Below, piece after piece: positions 19,516 to 28,495 of a stretch of DNA of 54,899 bases. Under the pieces are notes generated by a model. The model was not told the DNA's origin, searched no databases, and saw only the letters and a program-made list of their open reading frames with translations. Source of the DNA: Candidatus Dormiibacterota bacterium (GTDB taxonomy: Bacteria; Chloroflexota; Dormibacteria; Aeolococcales; Bog-877); the NCBI GenBank assembly GCA_049583555.1, contig JBAUWA010000111.1, positions 1 through 54,899 on the forward strand, given 5' to 3'. The first letter of the stretch is position 1. Each line of letters begins with the position of its first letter. The translations under genes and the position numbers were made by a program.

Positions 19516-20493
19516 CTACCCGCTGTCCCCCCGGTGGCCGACCGAAGGTTCATCCGCGATGTCCTGAGACGCAACACCTCGGTAGGCCCCAATGAAGCCC
19601 TGCCGCCAGCTGGGATAGCGCAAGGTCCACCCAAGCTCAAGTTTCGCCTTCGCGTTCGACGCGCCACGTGCCTCGGACATCATGGTCACTCCATCTCCAC
19701 CGGCGATGAGCCGCGCGAGCCAGAAAGGAACGCGACGAGGCGACTTGGCGCCAATCGCATTCGCTAGCACAGGAAGCCATTCCCGCGCCGGAGCCGGTTG
19801 ATCGTCGACGATGTTGTAGACGCCCGGTCCTTCGTGTTCGAGCGCCAGCATCGTCGCCGCCGCGGCGTCGTCTAGATGGATCCAGGAGATAACGCCACTG
19901 CCGTCGCCGATGATCGGGAAATACCGTCGGCGCACGAGCTTGACCAGTTGATCGTTCTGGGCGCCGTAGAAGCTGCCATAGCGCAACGCGACCCCTCCTG
20001 CGGCGGTGACAGCCTCATCGAGGTGGCGCATCGCGCCGTTGGTCTGACGCGTCGATGCGGGCGGATCGGGGTCGAGGTGATCGTCCTCGGTCTTGACCGG
20101 GCCGCCCTCCCGCGCGTACCGATAGTTGGCGAAACTCTGCGCTACGAACCGGCGCACGCCCGCATCGCGGCCGGCAGTCAGGAGCGCGTCAGTGCCCTCG
20201 GTCCGAAGCCGGTTGGTGGGCGCGAAGGTGCGGTCGAGTTTCCTTCCGAAGCGTGCAGTCGCCAGGGCCGTGGCCTGGTGGATGATCGCCTCGGGTTTGG
20301 CTCTCAGCACGGCCGCGCGGACGGCTTCGACGTCCAGCAGGTCGAGCGCGATCGCCTCCACTCCGAGGGACTGCAAGCGCTCACGGTTCCTCGGCGATCG
20401 GAAGGTCCCGAACACCTCATGTCCTCCCTGGACAAGTAGGGGGACCAGCCGGGTGCCGATGGCACCGCTCGCTCCAGCCACGAAAACTCGCAC
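19516..20493 (-). CDS. NAD(P)-dependent epimerase/dehydratase (extended SDR)
   Basis: VFVAGASGAIGTRLVPLLVQGGHEVFG glycine-rich NAD motif. The start is set at GTG 20493, which has AAGGAG 6 nt upstream. The longest ORF start is 20526. Confidence 0.8.
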   Translation of the reverse strand: MRVFVAGASGAIGTRLVPLLVQGGHEVFGTFRSPRNRERLQSLGVEAIALDLLDVEAVRAAVLRAKPEAIIHQATALATARFGRKLDRTFAPTNRLRTEGTDALLTAGRDAGVRRFVAQSFANYRYAREGGPVKTEDDHLDPDPPASTRQTNGAMRHLDEAVTAAGGVALRYGSFYGAQNDQLVKLVRRRYFPIIGDGSGVISWIHLDDAAAATMLALEHEGPGVYNIVDDQPAPAREWLPVLANAIGAKSPRRVPFWLARLIAGGDGVTMMSEARGASNAKAKLELGWTLRYPSWRQGFIGAYRGVASQDIADEPSVGHRGDSG

Positions 20494-20555
20494 CGTGATC
20501 TCCTTGAGGTTCCTCTTGCCCGTCACATCGGCCCCCTGTGGCGGGTCAACTCTCT

Positions 20556-20582
20556 GACACTTAGGACCCGAGGATTGTGACC
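20556..20582 (-). promoter_or_regulatory. candidate ECF41-type promoter for the epimerase gene
   Basis: The minus strand reads GGTCACA-N16-TGTC. The recalled ECF41 target consensus is TGTCACA-N16-CGTC. Located about 60 nt upstream of the epimerase start. Confidence 0.45.
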
Positions 20583-20584
20583 TG

Positions 20585-21466
20585 ATGGACGACCAGCAGT
20601 GGTTGGCGGATCGCTTCGAGCAGCACCGAACCCACCTACGGTCGGTCGCATACAGAATGCTGGGCTCGCTCCCGGAGGCTGACGACGCGGTTCAGGACGC
20701 CTGGCTGCGCCTCAGCCGATCTGACGCGGGTGAGATCGAGAACCTGGGCGGATGGTTGACAACCGTCGTCGCGCGCGTGTGCCTGAACATGCTGCGTGCC
20801 CGCACCAGTCGACGCGAGGAATCCTTCGCCAATCGTCTGCCGGACCCAGTTATCAGCGCGGATGGTGAGCTTGCCCCAGAGGACCAGGCCTTGCTGGCCG
20901 ACTCTGTCGGCCTCGCGCTCCTCGTCGTGCTAGACACCCTGACGCCGGCCGAGCGGTTGGCGTTCGTGCTCCACGACGTATTCGGGTTTTCGTTCCAGGA
21001 GATCGCCCCGATGGTGGATCGAAGCCCTGCGGCGACGCGGCAACTCGCGAGCCGGGGACGGCGTCGCGTGAAAGTGGCCCGCTTACCGTCTCCCGATCCC
21101 GATCGCGCACGGCAACGAGCGGTGGTCGATGCCTTCTTTGCAGCTGCGCGTGCTGCCGATTTCGACGGACTGGTGGCTGTGCTCCATCCCGACGTTGTGC
21201 TGCGAGCGGACTTTGGCGAAAAAAACCGCGGCGCCACGCGGGAGATTCGTGGCGTCGCAGCGGTTGCCCAGCAGGCGCGCTCGGTACCGGGTTCTGAGCT
21301 CCACCCCGTGTTGGTAAATGGGGCGCCTGGGGTTGTGGTCACCGTACGCGGACGACCGTTCGCCATCATGGGATTCACCGTCTCGGGCGGTATGATCGTG
21401 GAGATTGACGCTATCGGCGACCCCGTGCGTGTCCGCCGGGTTGCTGCAGCATTCCTCCCACCCTGA
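20585..21466 (+). CDS. ECF sigma factor with fused C-terminal SnoaL-like domain (ECF41 / SigJ-like)
   Basis: Sigma-2 (DDAVQDAWLRL, WLTTVVARVCLNMLR), linker RLPDP (compare WLPEP), sigma-4 (ERLAFVLHDVFGFSFQEIAPMV), and a ~110-aa extension with DFGEKNRG and IGDPVRV (compare DGGGK / NPDKL). Confidence 0.8.
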   Translation: MDDQQWLADRFEQHRTHLRSVAYRMLGSLPEADDAVQDAWLRLSRSDAGEIENLGGWLTTVVARVCLNMLRARTSRREESFANRLPDPVISADGELAPEDQALLADSVGLALLVVLDTLTPAERLAFVLHDVFGFSFQEIAPMVDRSPAATRQLASRGRRRVKVARLPSPDPDRARQRAVVDAFFAAARAADFDGLVAVLHPDVVLRADFGEKNRGATREIRGVAAVAQQARSVPGSELHPVLVNGAPGVVVTVRGRPFAIMGFTVSGGMIVEIDAIGDPVRVRRVAAAFLPP

Positions 21467-21537
21467 CACCCCTCCCGCCCGGAACTGGCGCGGGTCGCCG
21501 CAGGGCGAATCGTCTGCAAAGCCCTGCTGACAGGCAG

Positions 21538-21666
21538 GTGCGCTTCTTGGCGGGGGACGGCACGCTAATCCGCGAACTCACCCTCGACCCCAGCCGGAAT
21601 TACCAGCCCCAACAGCCCCCTCAAATCGGGCACTATGACCTGCGACAGACGGGGACCATGACCTGA
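21538..21666 (+). pseudogene. 3'-terminal remnant of a transposase/integrase-core gene
   Basis: An isolated 42-codon frame VRFLAGDGTLIRELTLDPSRNYQPQQ...* resembles the conserved C-terminal tail (..G.L.REL.LDP.R.YQP) of actinobacterial IS481/IS3-type transposases. No upstream catalytic region is present. It abuts the tRNA-Ser 3' end. Confidence 0.4.
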
Positions 21667-21676
21667 GACATCACAT

Positions 21677-21769
21677 TGGCGGGAAGGGAGGGATTCGAAC
21701 CCTCGGACGAGGTTAACCCCCGTCACCCGCTTAGCAGGCGGGCGCTTTCGGCCACTCAGCCACCTCCCC
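21677..21769 (-). tRNA. tRNA-Ser (anticodon GCT), CCA encoded
   Basis: Acceptor GGGGAGG/CCTTCCC, anticodon stem CCCGC/GCGGG with loop CTGCTAA, long variable arm (TGACGGGGGTTAACCTCGTCC), T-arm GAGGG-TTCGAAT-CCCTC. Confidence 0.88.
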
Positions 21770-21798
21770 GTGAGGTCAGCGCTCGAGTATAGGTGTCG

Positions 21799-22368
21799 TT
21801 ATTGGGCCGTCCCGAGCCCAAGATCGGCGGCGATAGGGGCCAGGCCGGCCACCACTAGCTCGACCAGCTCCTCGACCTCGATACCCAACTCCTCGCTACC
21901 GAGGGCGATGTCCTCACGGAGCACGCTCCGCGCGAAGGCCTTGTCCTTGAGCTTCTTGCGGACCGAGGAACTCTTGACGGCGCTTACCTCGCGACCCGGC
22001 TGGACCATCGCCACCGCGATGACGAATCCGGTGAGTTCGTCCAGGGCGAAGAGCCAGCGCGCCATGTCGGTGGCACGCGGAACGCCGCTGAAAGTTGCGT
22101 GACCCTGAATTGCCAGCACCACCTCCTCCGGATATCCGGCAGCCTCCAGCACCGGTCGGCCCCAGAAGGGGTGCTGGTCTGGATGGGCCTCGTAGTCGAA
22201 GTCGTGGAGAAGCCCGGTGATGGCCCAGAGCTCTTCATCGGCAGAGTTGCGGCGGGCAGCCTGTCGCATTACCGCCTCCAGGGCCAGCCCGTGCCGACGC
22301 AGGCTATCGGTCTTGGTGTGCTCCTGTAGCAGCGCGAGGGCGTCGTCTCGGGAGGGCACGTAGAACAT
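21799..22368 (-). CDS. HD-domain metal-dependent phosphohydrolase
   Basis: Start at ATG 22368 (MFYVPSRDD...). GLLHDFDYEAHPD is an HD motif. The upstream part of ORF 21799-22767 is Arg/Pro-rich and not coding-like. Confidence 0.75.
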   Translation of the reverse strand: MFYVPSRDDALALLQEHTKTDSLRRHGLALEAVMRQAARRNSADEELWAITGLLHDFDYEAHPDQHPFWGRPVLEAAGYPEEVVLAIQGHATFSGVPRATDMARWLFALDELTGFVIAVAMVQPGREVSAVKSSSVRKKLKDKAFARSVLREDIALGSEELGIEVEELVELVVAGLAPIAADLGLGTAQ

Positions 22369-22431
22369 CCTCCCATCCGTCGCAGGTACCGCACAACTTC
22401 GGCGCGGGCTGATACGGTCCCGGGCGTCCCC

Positions 22432-23691
22432 TTGAGCAATCTCTATTCGCCCGACCAAGACCGACTCTGGCGCCAGCTGATGGAGCTGGCCGAGTTCCGC
22501 GAGCCGGACCAACCGGGGTGGACCCGGCGGGTTTTCTCGGAGCCGTACATGCGGTCTCGGGCCTGGACGAGGGATCTGATGGCGAGCGCCGGCCTCGACG
22601 TCCAGACCGACGCGGTGGGCAACCTGCTCGGCCGCCTCCCGGGCGAGAGAGCCGAGCTGCCCCAGCTCGTGATCGGCTCGCACACCGACACCGTCGCTGG
22701 GGCCGGCCGCTTCGACGGGATGGTGGGGGTGGTGGCCGCAGTCGAGGTGGCCCGACTTCTGTCCCAAGCCAGGCGGCGGCTCAGGCGTTCACTCTTGGTC
22801 GTCGACTTCCTAGGCGAGGAGCCCAACCGATTTGGGATCAGTTGCGTCGGCAGCGCCGCCGTCGCCGGCGAGCTGGGCGCGCATCAGCTCAACCTCATCG
22901 ATGACCGGGGCGAGACGCTGGCCGCCGCGTTGGTGGGAATCGATGCCCGCCCAGGCGACCTAGCAGAAGTACTGTGGCCCGCTACACGACTGCACGGCTA
23001 TCTCGAGCTCCATATTGAGCAGGGCGCCCAGCTGGAGCGAGCGGGGATCCGGCTGGGGGTGGTGACCTCGATCGCCGGCATCCATCGGGGCGTGGTCACT
23101 CTACTGGGCCGTCCGGACCACGCGGGCACGGCTGCCATGAGTGACCGCCGCGACGCGCTTGCCGCTGCCGCCGAGGTGGTTCTGCTGGTGGAGCGCCTGG
23201 CCAGCGAGTCCGCGGCGGGTGGGGAGGGGGTCGGGACGGTGGGGCGCCTCGATATCACACCGGGTGCCCCAAACGTCGTTCCGGGAACGGCCTCCGTCTG
23301 GGTGGAGTTCCGCAGCGCTCAGCCCCAGTGGCTGGAGGACCGGCACCAAGCCCTCGAGTCCGGGGTGCGTGAGGAAGCCTCGCGACGGCAGCTCCAGGTG
23401 GAGCTCGAGTGGGTTTCCGAGGGCAGTCCGGTCGCCTGCGGCCCCGGTCCTCGCCAGGCGATCGTCGAAGCGATCGAGGAACTCGGTCACCCATATCTGG
23501 AGCTGCCTTCCGGAGCCAGCCACGACGCGGCTCTCCTGGCTCGCATATGCCCGATGGGGATGATCTTCATTCCCTCGCGCGACGGCCGCAGTCACTGTCC
23601 AGAAGAGTGGAGTGATCCAGAAGATGTAGCGCTGGGGGCAGAGGCGTTGTTGGCCGCCGTTCTCCGACTAGACCTGGCCGACAGTCTCTGA
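22432..23691 (+). CDS. M20-family Zn-dependent amidohydrolase (allantoate amidohydrolase / N-carbamoyl-L-amino-acid hydrolase type)
   Basis: VIGSHTDTVAGAGRFDGMVGVVAAVEV and the C-terminal SGASHDAA...IFIPSRDGRSHCPEEW are signatures of the AmaB/AllC group. TTG start. Confidence 0.8.
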   Translation: MSNLYSPDQDRLWRQLMELAEFREPDQPGWTRRVFSEPYMRSRAWTRDLMASAGLDVQTDAVGNLLGRLPGERAELPQLVIGSHTDTVAGAGRFDGMVGVVAAVEVARLLSQARRRLRRSLLVVDFLGEEPNRFGISCVGSAAVAGELGAHQLNLIDDRGETLAAALVGIDARPGDLAEVLWPATRLHGYLELHIEQGAQLERAGIRLGVVTSIAGIHRGVVTLLGRPDHAGTAAMSDRRDALAAAAEVVLLVERLASESAAGGEGVGTVGRLDITPGAPNVVPGTASVWVEFRSAQPQWLEDRHQALESGVREEASRRQLQVELEWVSEGSPVACGPGPRQAIVEAIEELGHPYLELPSGASHDAALLARICPMGMIFIPSRDGRSHCPEEWSDPEDVALGAEALLAAVLRLDLADSL

Positions 23692-24114
23692 CGGAGCACC
23701 CATCCTCAGTCCCACCTTGAGCAGGCGGCGGCTGCCTTCCTCGAGCATCCACTGGAGCGCCTCCCCGGTCGCCGCCCCGGCCATCGCGAACCGGCTGGCG
23801 AGCAGCTCCAGATGGTGCTCAGCCTCCTCCCAGCCCACCTCGAGCACCACGCCCTCCTGAGCCGCCGTGGTTCCCGGGATCCGCAAGCGCACCCAGGGGT
23901 CCTGGCGCCAGCGCTCAGCCTTCAGCGAGATCGTGGGAGTAAGCAGGTAGACGTATCCCGGGGGGATGACAGCGAACCACATGCGCACGGTGCCCCGTCC
24001 CCCCGGGTCCCGAGAGCTGACCAAGAGCTCCTCCTGGTCGGTGAGCTGTTCCAGAAACGCCGGAGGAAGCGGTCTGAGCTGCAGGTCAGCGGCTCCCCCC
24101 TCCTCAGCAGGCAC
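23668..24114 (-). CDS. hypothetical protein (possibly PPOX/split-barrel-like)
   Basis: 148-aa ORF with a GTG start. VRMWFAVIPPGYVYLLTPTISLKAERWRQDPWVRLRI is reminiscent of pyridoxamine-phosphate-oxidase-like barrels. This is a weak call. Confidence 0.4.
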   Translation of the reverse strand: MPAEEGGAADLQLRPLPPAFLEQLTDQEELLVSSRDPGGRGTVRMWFAVIPPGYVYLLTPTISLKAERWRQDPWVRLRIPGTTAAQEGVVLEVGWEEAEHHLELLASRFAMAGAATGEALQWMLEEGSRRLLKVGLRMGAPSETVGQV

Positions 24115-24883
24115 TGCAGGCGAAGACCTCGGTCCGATAAGGAAGGGCGATGCGCTGTCCGGGCCGATCCTGGTAACTGTTGGCTAGCTCCAACACCTGT
24201 TGGCGCAGGCGTGCCTGTTCCGGCTCGGGTGAGCTGGCCACGAAGCTGAGCGACAGGACCCGGTCAACCAACTGTTCGGGGCTGGCTGACTGCTGGTGGG
24301 GGAAAGCGCGGGACTCGATGGGACCGAAGAGGGCACTGTTCTCCAATTGCCTCCGCCACTCTCCCGTGGAGTGGTCTGGACTCCCCTGGTACATGGGGTC
24401 GACCATCCTCTGTACGTCTCGCCACAGTCGGGAGCGGGCATCCCGGCGATTCCAGACCAGTCCCAGTCGGCCCCACGGGCGGAGGATCCGGTGAATCTCA
24501 CGCAGCGACGGCTGATCAGCGAACCAGTGGAAGGCCTGACCGGCTGTGACCGCGTCCACCGTCCCAGAGGCGAGGGTGGTCCTGGCCGCTGTGGCTGAGA
24601 CCACGTCCACCCCGGCCACCGCCCGTCGCAGCTCGATAGCCATCTCCTCGACCGGCTCGATGGCGATCAGTCGCGACCCATAGGGGACCAGCTGACGGGT
24701 CAGCTTGCCGGTCCCGGCGCCGATGTCGACCACTACCTTGCCGGGCGCGAGGCCGAGGTGGGAGGCTAGCCATCCCACCGCCGAGGGTGGGTAGTCGGGA
24801 CGCCCCCGCTCGTAGGCCGCAGCTGCTCGCGCGAAGCCGGCCTGAGCTTCGGGGTGGATCGACATCACCGCGATCCTAGCCAC
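24104..24883 (-). CDS. class I SAM-dependent methyltransferase
   Basis: VVDIGAGTGKLTRQL motif I and ...AFHWF motif. GTG 24883 or ATG 24865 are possible starts. Confidence 0.8.
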   Translation of the reverse strand: MARIAVMSIHPEAQAGFARAAAAYERGRPDYPPSAVGWLASHLGLAPGKVVVDIGAGTGKLTRQLVPYGSRLIAIEPVEEMAIELRRAVAGVDVVSATAARTTLASGTVDAVTAGQAFHWFADQPSLREIHRILRPWGRLGLVWNRRDARSRLWRDVQRMVDPMYQGSPDHSTGEWRRQLENSALFGPIESRAFPHQQSASPEQLVDRVLSLSFVASSPEPEQARLRQQVLELANSYQDRPGQRIALPYRTEVFACSAC

Positions 24884-24923
24884 TTGACGACCAAGCTGGA
24901 GATGCCGATGCCATGCGGGTGGA

Positions 24924-25001
24924 TGGCGACCCCGAGCGGATTCGAACCGCCGATCTCCACCTTGACAGGGTGGCGTGTTAGGCCAGCTACACCACGGGGC
25001 C
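24924..25001 (-). tRNA. tRNA-Asp (anticodon GTC), CCA encoded
   Basis: Acceptor GGCCCCG/CGGGGTC, anticodon stem CCACC/GGTGG with loop CTGTCAA, T-arm GGCGG-TTCGAAT-CCGCT. Confidence 0.9.
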
Positions 25002-25173
25002 CGGGGCGGGCCGGCGAGTCGCCGCCGGTCTGCGCCACCCCCGAAAGGGCTGGCCGATTATACGTCCGGGTTCGCCGCAGACTGGCTCCTGGAGCGAGAT
25101 CCGGCGTTCTTGCGGCTCGCTAAGATGTCGAGGCTCTTTCGGATGGGGCTGGGTCGGCTGGAGGATCGCCTGG

Positions 25174-25953
25174 TTGAAGATCGCAGTCTTGGTCAAGCAG
25201 ATCCCTGACCCCTCCGGCGTCGGCAAGCTCGATCCCCAGACCCACCTCCTGGTCAGAGATCAGGGTGAGCTAGTGCTGGACCCAGGTGACTCCTATGGGG
25301 TCGAGGCCGCCTTGGAGGTCGCCGGAGCCGGTGACAACCAGGTGGTGGCGATCTCGATGGGGCCGGAGGGCGCGGTCGATGTCATTCGCAAAGCCATGGC
25401 GATGGGCGCCGCCGAGGGCGTTCTGATCAGTGATCAGCGGCTCCACGGTTCCGACGCTTTGGCCACGGCCCGGGTTCTGGCGGCAGCGGTCGCGAGGGTC
25501 CAGCCCGACCTGCTGATCGCTTGCACGGAGTCGACCGACGGCTACACCGGGATTGTCCCGGCCGCCATCGCCGAGCTGCTGGGCTGGCCCTCGCTCACCT
25601 TCGCCAAGCAGTTGGAAGTCACCGGCACCAAAGTGCGGATCCAACGCCAGACTCCCGAGGGCCACGACGTGGTCGAGGCGGACCTGCCAGCCGTGGTCAC
25701 GGTCACCGGTGGCATCAATGAGCCTCGGTATCCCACCCTCAAGGGGATCGTGGCCTCGAGGAGCCGTCCCCTGGAGCAACCATCCCTGGAGGACCTCGGC
25801 ATCGGCCCAGCCACGGTGGGCCGAGACGGCTCGGCCCAACAGATCGTCAAGGTCGAACCGGCGCCCCAGCGAGAGGGTGGCGAGGTGATCGAGGACGATG
25901 GCAGCGGCGCCCAGCGCATCGCCGACTACCTGGCCGAGCTCAAGGTGATCTGA
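25174..25953 (+). CDS. etfB: electron transfer flavoprotein beta subunit
   Basis: MKIAVLVKQIPDP... is the canonical EtfB/FixA N-terminus. 259 aa, TTG start. Confidence 0.9.
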   Translation: MKIAVLVKQIPDPSGVGKLDPQTHLLVRDQGELVLDPGDSYGVEAALEVAGAGDNQVVAISMGPEGAVDVIRKAMAMGAAEGVLISDQRLHGSDALATARVLAAAVARVQPDLLIACTESTDGYTGIVPAAIAELLGWPSLTFAKQLEVTGTKVRIQRQTPEGHDVVEADLPAVVTVTGGINEPRYPTLKGIVASRSRPLEQPSLEDLGIGPATVGRDGSAQQIVKVEPAPQREGGEVIEDDGSGAQRIADYLAELKVI

Positions 25954-25955
25954 GG

Positions 25956-26921
25956 GTGGCCAGGATCTTCGTCTATGTGGAGCTCTCGGGCTCCGAGCTC
26001 AGCCCGGTCTCCCAAGAGGTGCTGACCAAGGCACGCCAACTCGGAGACGTCGAGGCGGTGATCCTGGACCCCGACGCTGCTGGTGCGACCGAGGCGGTGG
26101 CGAGATTCGGTGCCAAGACCGTCTATGTGGGCGCCAACAAGGCCTACCGGGAATTCGTGGCTCAACCGGCGGCGGCGGCCCTGGCGACTCTGGTTGAAGA
26201 GCATCATCCTGACCTGATCCTCTTCGGGGCCACCTACGACGCCCGCGACATCTGCGCCCGCGCCAGCGCAAAACTGGGGCTGACGGTGGTGGCCAATGCC
26301 ACCGACGTGGAAGCTCGGGCCGGAGGGTTCGCAGCCGCGTCTTCGATCTTCGGAGGCACTCAGAACGTCCTCACCGAGCTCAGCGGCCCCAGCCCCTGCG
26401 TTCTGATGCGGCCCAAGTCGGTCGCGGCAGAGCCCGCTCCGGGCGGCTCGCCCAAGGTGGTCGAGGTGCCTCTGCCCCAGGAGGCGGCTCGCGGCGCCCG
26501 CCGTGTGGAGTCGGTGGTGGCGCCAGCCAGCGGTCCGACTCTGGAGGAGGCCAAGGTGGTGGTCAGCGGAGGCCGCGGGCTCCAAGATCCGGCCAACTTC
26601 GAGCTCCTGGAGAAGCTGGCGGCACTGCTCCACGGCGCCGTAGGAGCCAGCCGAGCCGTGGTCGACGCTGGCTGGGTGCCCTACGCACGTCAGGTGGGCC
26701 AGACCGGGAAGACGGTCAAGCCGGACCTATATCTTGCCTGCGGAATCAGCGGAGCCATGCAGCACACGGTGGGGATGAAGGGGGCCAAGCACATCGTTGC
26801 CATCAACCGGGACCGCGACGCGCCGATCTTCAGGATCTGCGACCTGGGCGTGGTCGGGGATGCCCTCAAGATCCTCCCTGCTCTGATCGCTGAGCTGGAG
26901 AGCCGCGGAGTAGCGGGTTGA
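25956..26921 (+). CDS. etfA: electron transfer flavoprotein alpha subunit
   Basis: C-terminal FAD-binding signature GASRAVVDAGWVPYARQVGQTGKTVKPDLYLACGISGAMQH. Lies 2 nt after etfB. Confidence 0.9.
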   Translation: MARIFVYVELSGSELSPVSQEVLTKARQLGDVEAVILDPDAAGATEAVARFGAKTVYVGANKAYREFVAQPAAAALATLVEEHHPDLILFGATYDARDICARASAKLGLTVVANATDVEARAGGFAAASSIFGGTQNVLTELSGPSPCVLMRPKSVAAEPAPGGSPKVVEVPLPQEAARGARRVESVVAPASGPTLEEAKVVVSGGRGLQDPANFELLEKLAALLHGAVGASRAVVDAGWVPYARQVGQTGKTVKPDLYLACGISGAMQHTVGMKGAKHIVAINRDRDAPIFRICDLGVVGDALKILPALIAELESRGVAG

Positions 26922-26958
26922 GAGCTGGCCGGCAAACCCCAACTATGGTCATGACCCG

Positions 26959-28293
26959 GTGACCGGCTCCGGCCTACTTGCCCTTCAGGCCGCCGACGGC
27001 GCCACCGTGACACTGGAACGCTATCCGATCCTGCTGGGTCGGAGCATGCCCGGCGGCACGGTGCCAGATGTCGACGTCAGCCACCTCGACCCCGACGAGG
27101 CGGTCGACAACCGCCACTGCGAGTTGAACCGGGTCCCGACCGGGATTGACGTCCACGACCTGGGGGGCGTCAGCGGGACTTGGGTGAACGGGCGCCGGCT
27201 GGCGCCGGGGGGTCGCGCCCTGTTGGAGGTGGACGGCACCATCCGGGTGGCGGGGGTGATGATGACCCTGGTTGAGGCGGCCGGGTCGTCACTGCCAGAG
27301 CTGGCCTCGATCCGGCCGGTGCCGGCAGCATCCCCGCCGTCTACCTGGCTCGAGAGTCGGCCGATCGGAGGAGTACCCCCGCCACCGTCGGCTGGACCCG
27401 CTGCCCTCGGCGAGGAGCCGGCCCCGGCGCGGCCCCGACCCTCCGAACTAGACCTAAGTGGAGCTCCAGTGATCGCCCGCGAGGCTCTAGAGCGGGGTGC
27501 GGAGGTGGTTCGGATCAGGTCTGGTTCGCCGCTGGAGGTGCTCAGCGATGAACGCTGGGAAGCGCAAGGCCGGCAGCTCTCCCGATCCGCGGCCTCGGAG
27601 GCGGTTGCGACTGCCCGGCGTGCTCTGGCGCTCCCAGAAGAAGCGACCAGCGGCGAGGGCCACTCGGGCGATGTCTGGCTCGAGTTCCTGGTACCTCCCC
27701 TCACCGACCGACCCTATTTGGCAGTCCGAGTCGCTGCGCGGGTGCCGGCGGAGTTGGAGCGGGGGGAGCTGGACACCGCTCTCCAAGCCGTCAAGGATGG
27801 CGACGCACTGTTGGTGGTTGGCCCCTGGCCGGAACCCGCCCTGGCAGCCCTGGCCGCAGGCTACGAGACGGGCTTCGCCAGCACTCGGGTGCTCAGCTTT
27901 GAGGGCGCCGGGTGGTGGGTGCCGCCGGGTTGGCCCGTCCTCGATCGGGACCAGGAAGGCGCTCTCGAGGAAGCGCTGACTTCGGGCGACCTTTTCCTCG
28001 ACCAACCCCCCGTAGTCGTCGTCGAGGCGCTGCTCAGGGCCATCCCCCGCCCCGGCGGCGGCACCGTCCTGGCCTTGCGAGGGCACTCCCTGATAGCCGG
28101 GCTGGAGCTGATCGCCAGGCAGGTCGACCCCTCGCAGCTGACCACCCCCAGTATCTGGCAGCGGGAGGAGGTGGCAAGGCTCTTTCCCCGCGCGCTCACC
28201 TGGCAGGCCAAGGGCTGGCGCTTCTGCGACGTCGGAGTCGACGGCCAGGGTCGCTGGTCGGCAGGGCTGTCGGCATTGGGAGGGAAGAGCTAG
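26959..28293 (+). CDS. FHA-domain protein with C-terminal degenerate PilT/GspE-like ATPase-core domain
   Basis: FHA signature (ILLGRS, NRHCEL, GVSGTWVNGRRL, IRVAGVMM), a Pro-rich linker, then a region colinear with secretion-ATPase motifs that lacks the catalytic residues (LLVVGPWPEPALAALA in place of Walker A). Confidence 0.6.
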   Translation: MTGSGLLALQAADGATVTLERYPILLGRSMPGGTVPDVDVSHLDPDEAVDNRHCELNRVPTGIDVHDLGGVSGTWVNGRRLAPGGRALLEVDGTIRVAGVMMTLVEAAGSSLPELASIRPVPAASPPSTWLESRPIGGVPPPPSAGPAALGEEPAPARPRPSELDLSGAPVIAREALERGAEVVRIRSGSPLEVLSDERWEAQGRQLSRSAASEAVATARRALALPEEATSGEGHSGDVWLEFLVPPLTDRPYLAVRVAARVPAELERGELDTALQAVKDGDALLVVGPWPEPALAALAAGYETGFASTRVLSFEGAGWWVPPGWPVLDRDQEGALEEALTSGDLFLDQPPVVVVEALLRAIPRPGGGTVLALRGHSLIAGLELIARQVDPSQLTTPSIWQREEVARLFPRALTWQAKGWRFCDVGVDGQGRWSAGLSALGGKS

Positions 28294-28295
28294 CT

Positions 28296-28463
28296 GTGGC
28301 CAGCGGTCTGCCCTCTCCCACGTCTGGGCCCTCGGTCACCAGTTATCTGGCGCTGGCACTGCTGGTGGCGGTGGTGCTGCTGCTGGTGGTGGTGACGGTG
28401 AATCCGGGGCTTCTGGGTCACCTTGACGGGTTGCGCCAGATGCTGGGGCTGCGCCGGGGCTGA
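28296..28463 (+). CDS. small single-pass membrane protein (55 aa)
   Basis: GTG 28296 lies 2 nt after the FHA gene stop. Encodes VASGLPSPTSGPSVTSYLALALLVAVVLLLVVVTVNPGLLGHLDGLRQMLGLRRG. High GC3. Only part of a longer track ORF in that frame. Confidence 0.4.
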   Translation: MASGLPSPTSGPSVTSYLALALLVAVVLLLVVVTVNPGLLGHLDGLRQMLGLRRG

Positions 28464-28495
28464 ACACAGAGCGGCGATGCGTTCACAATTGCGCC

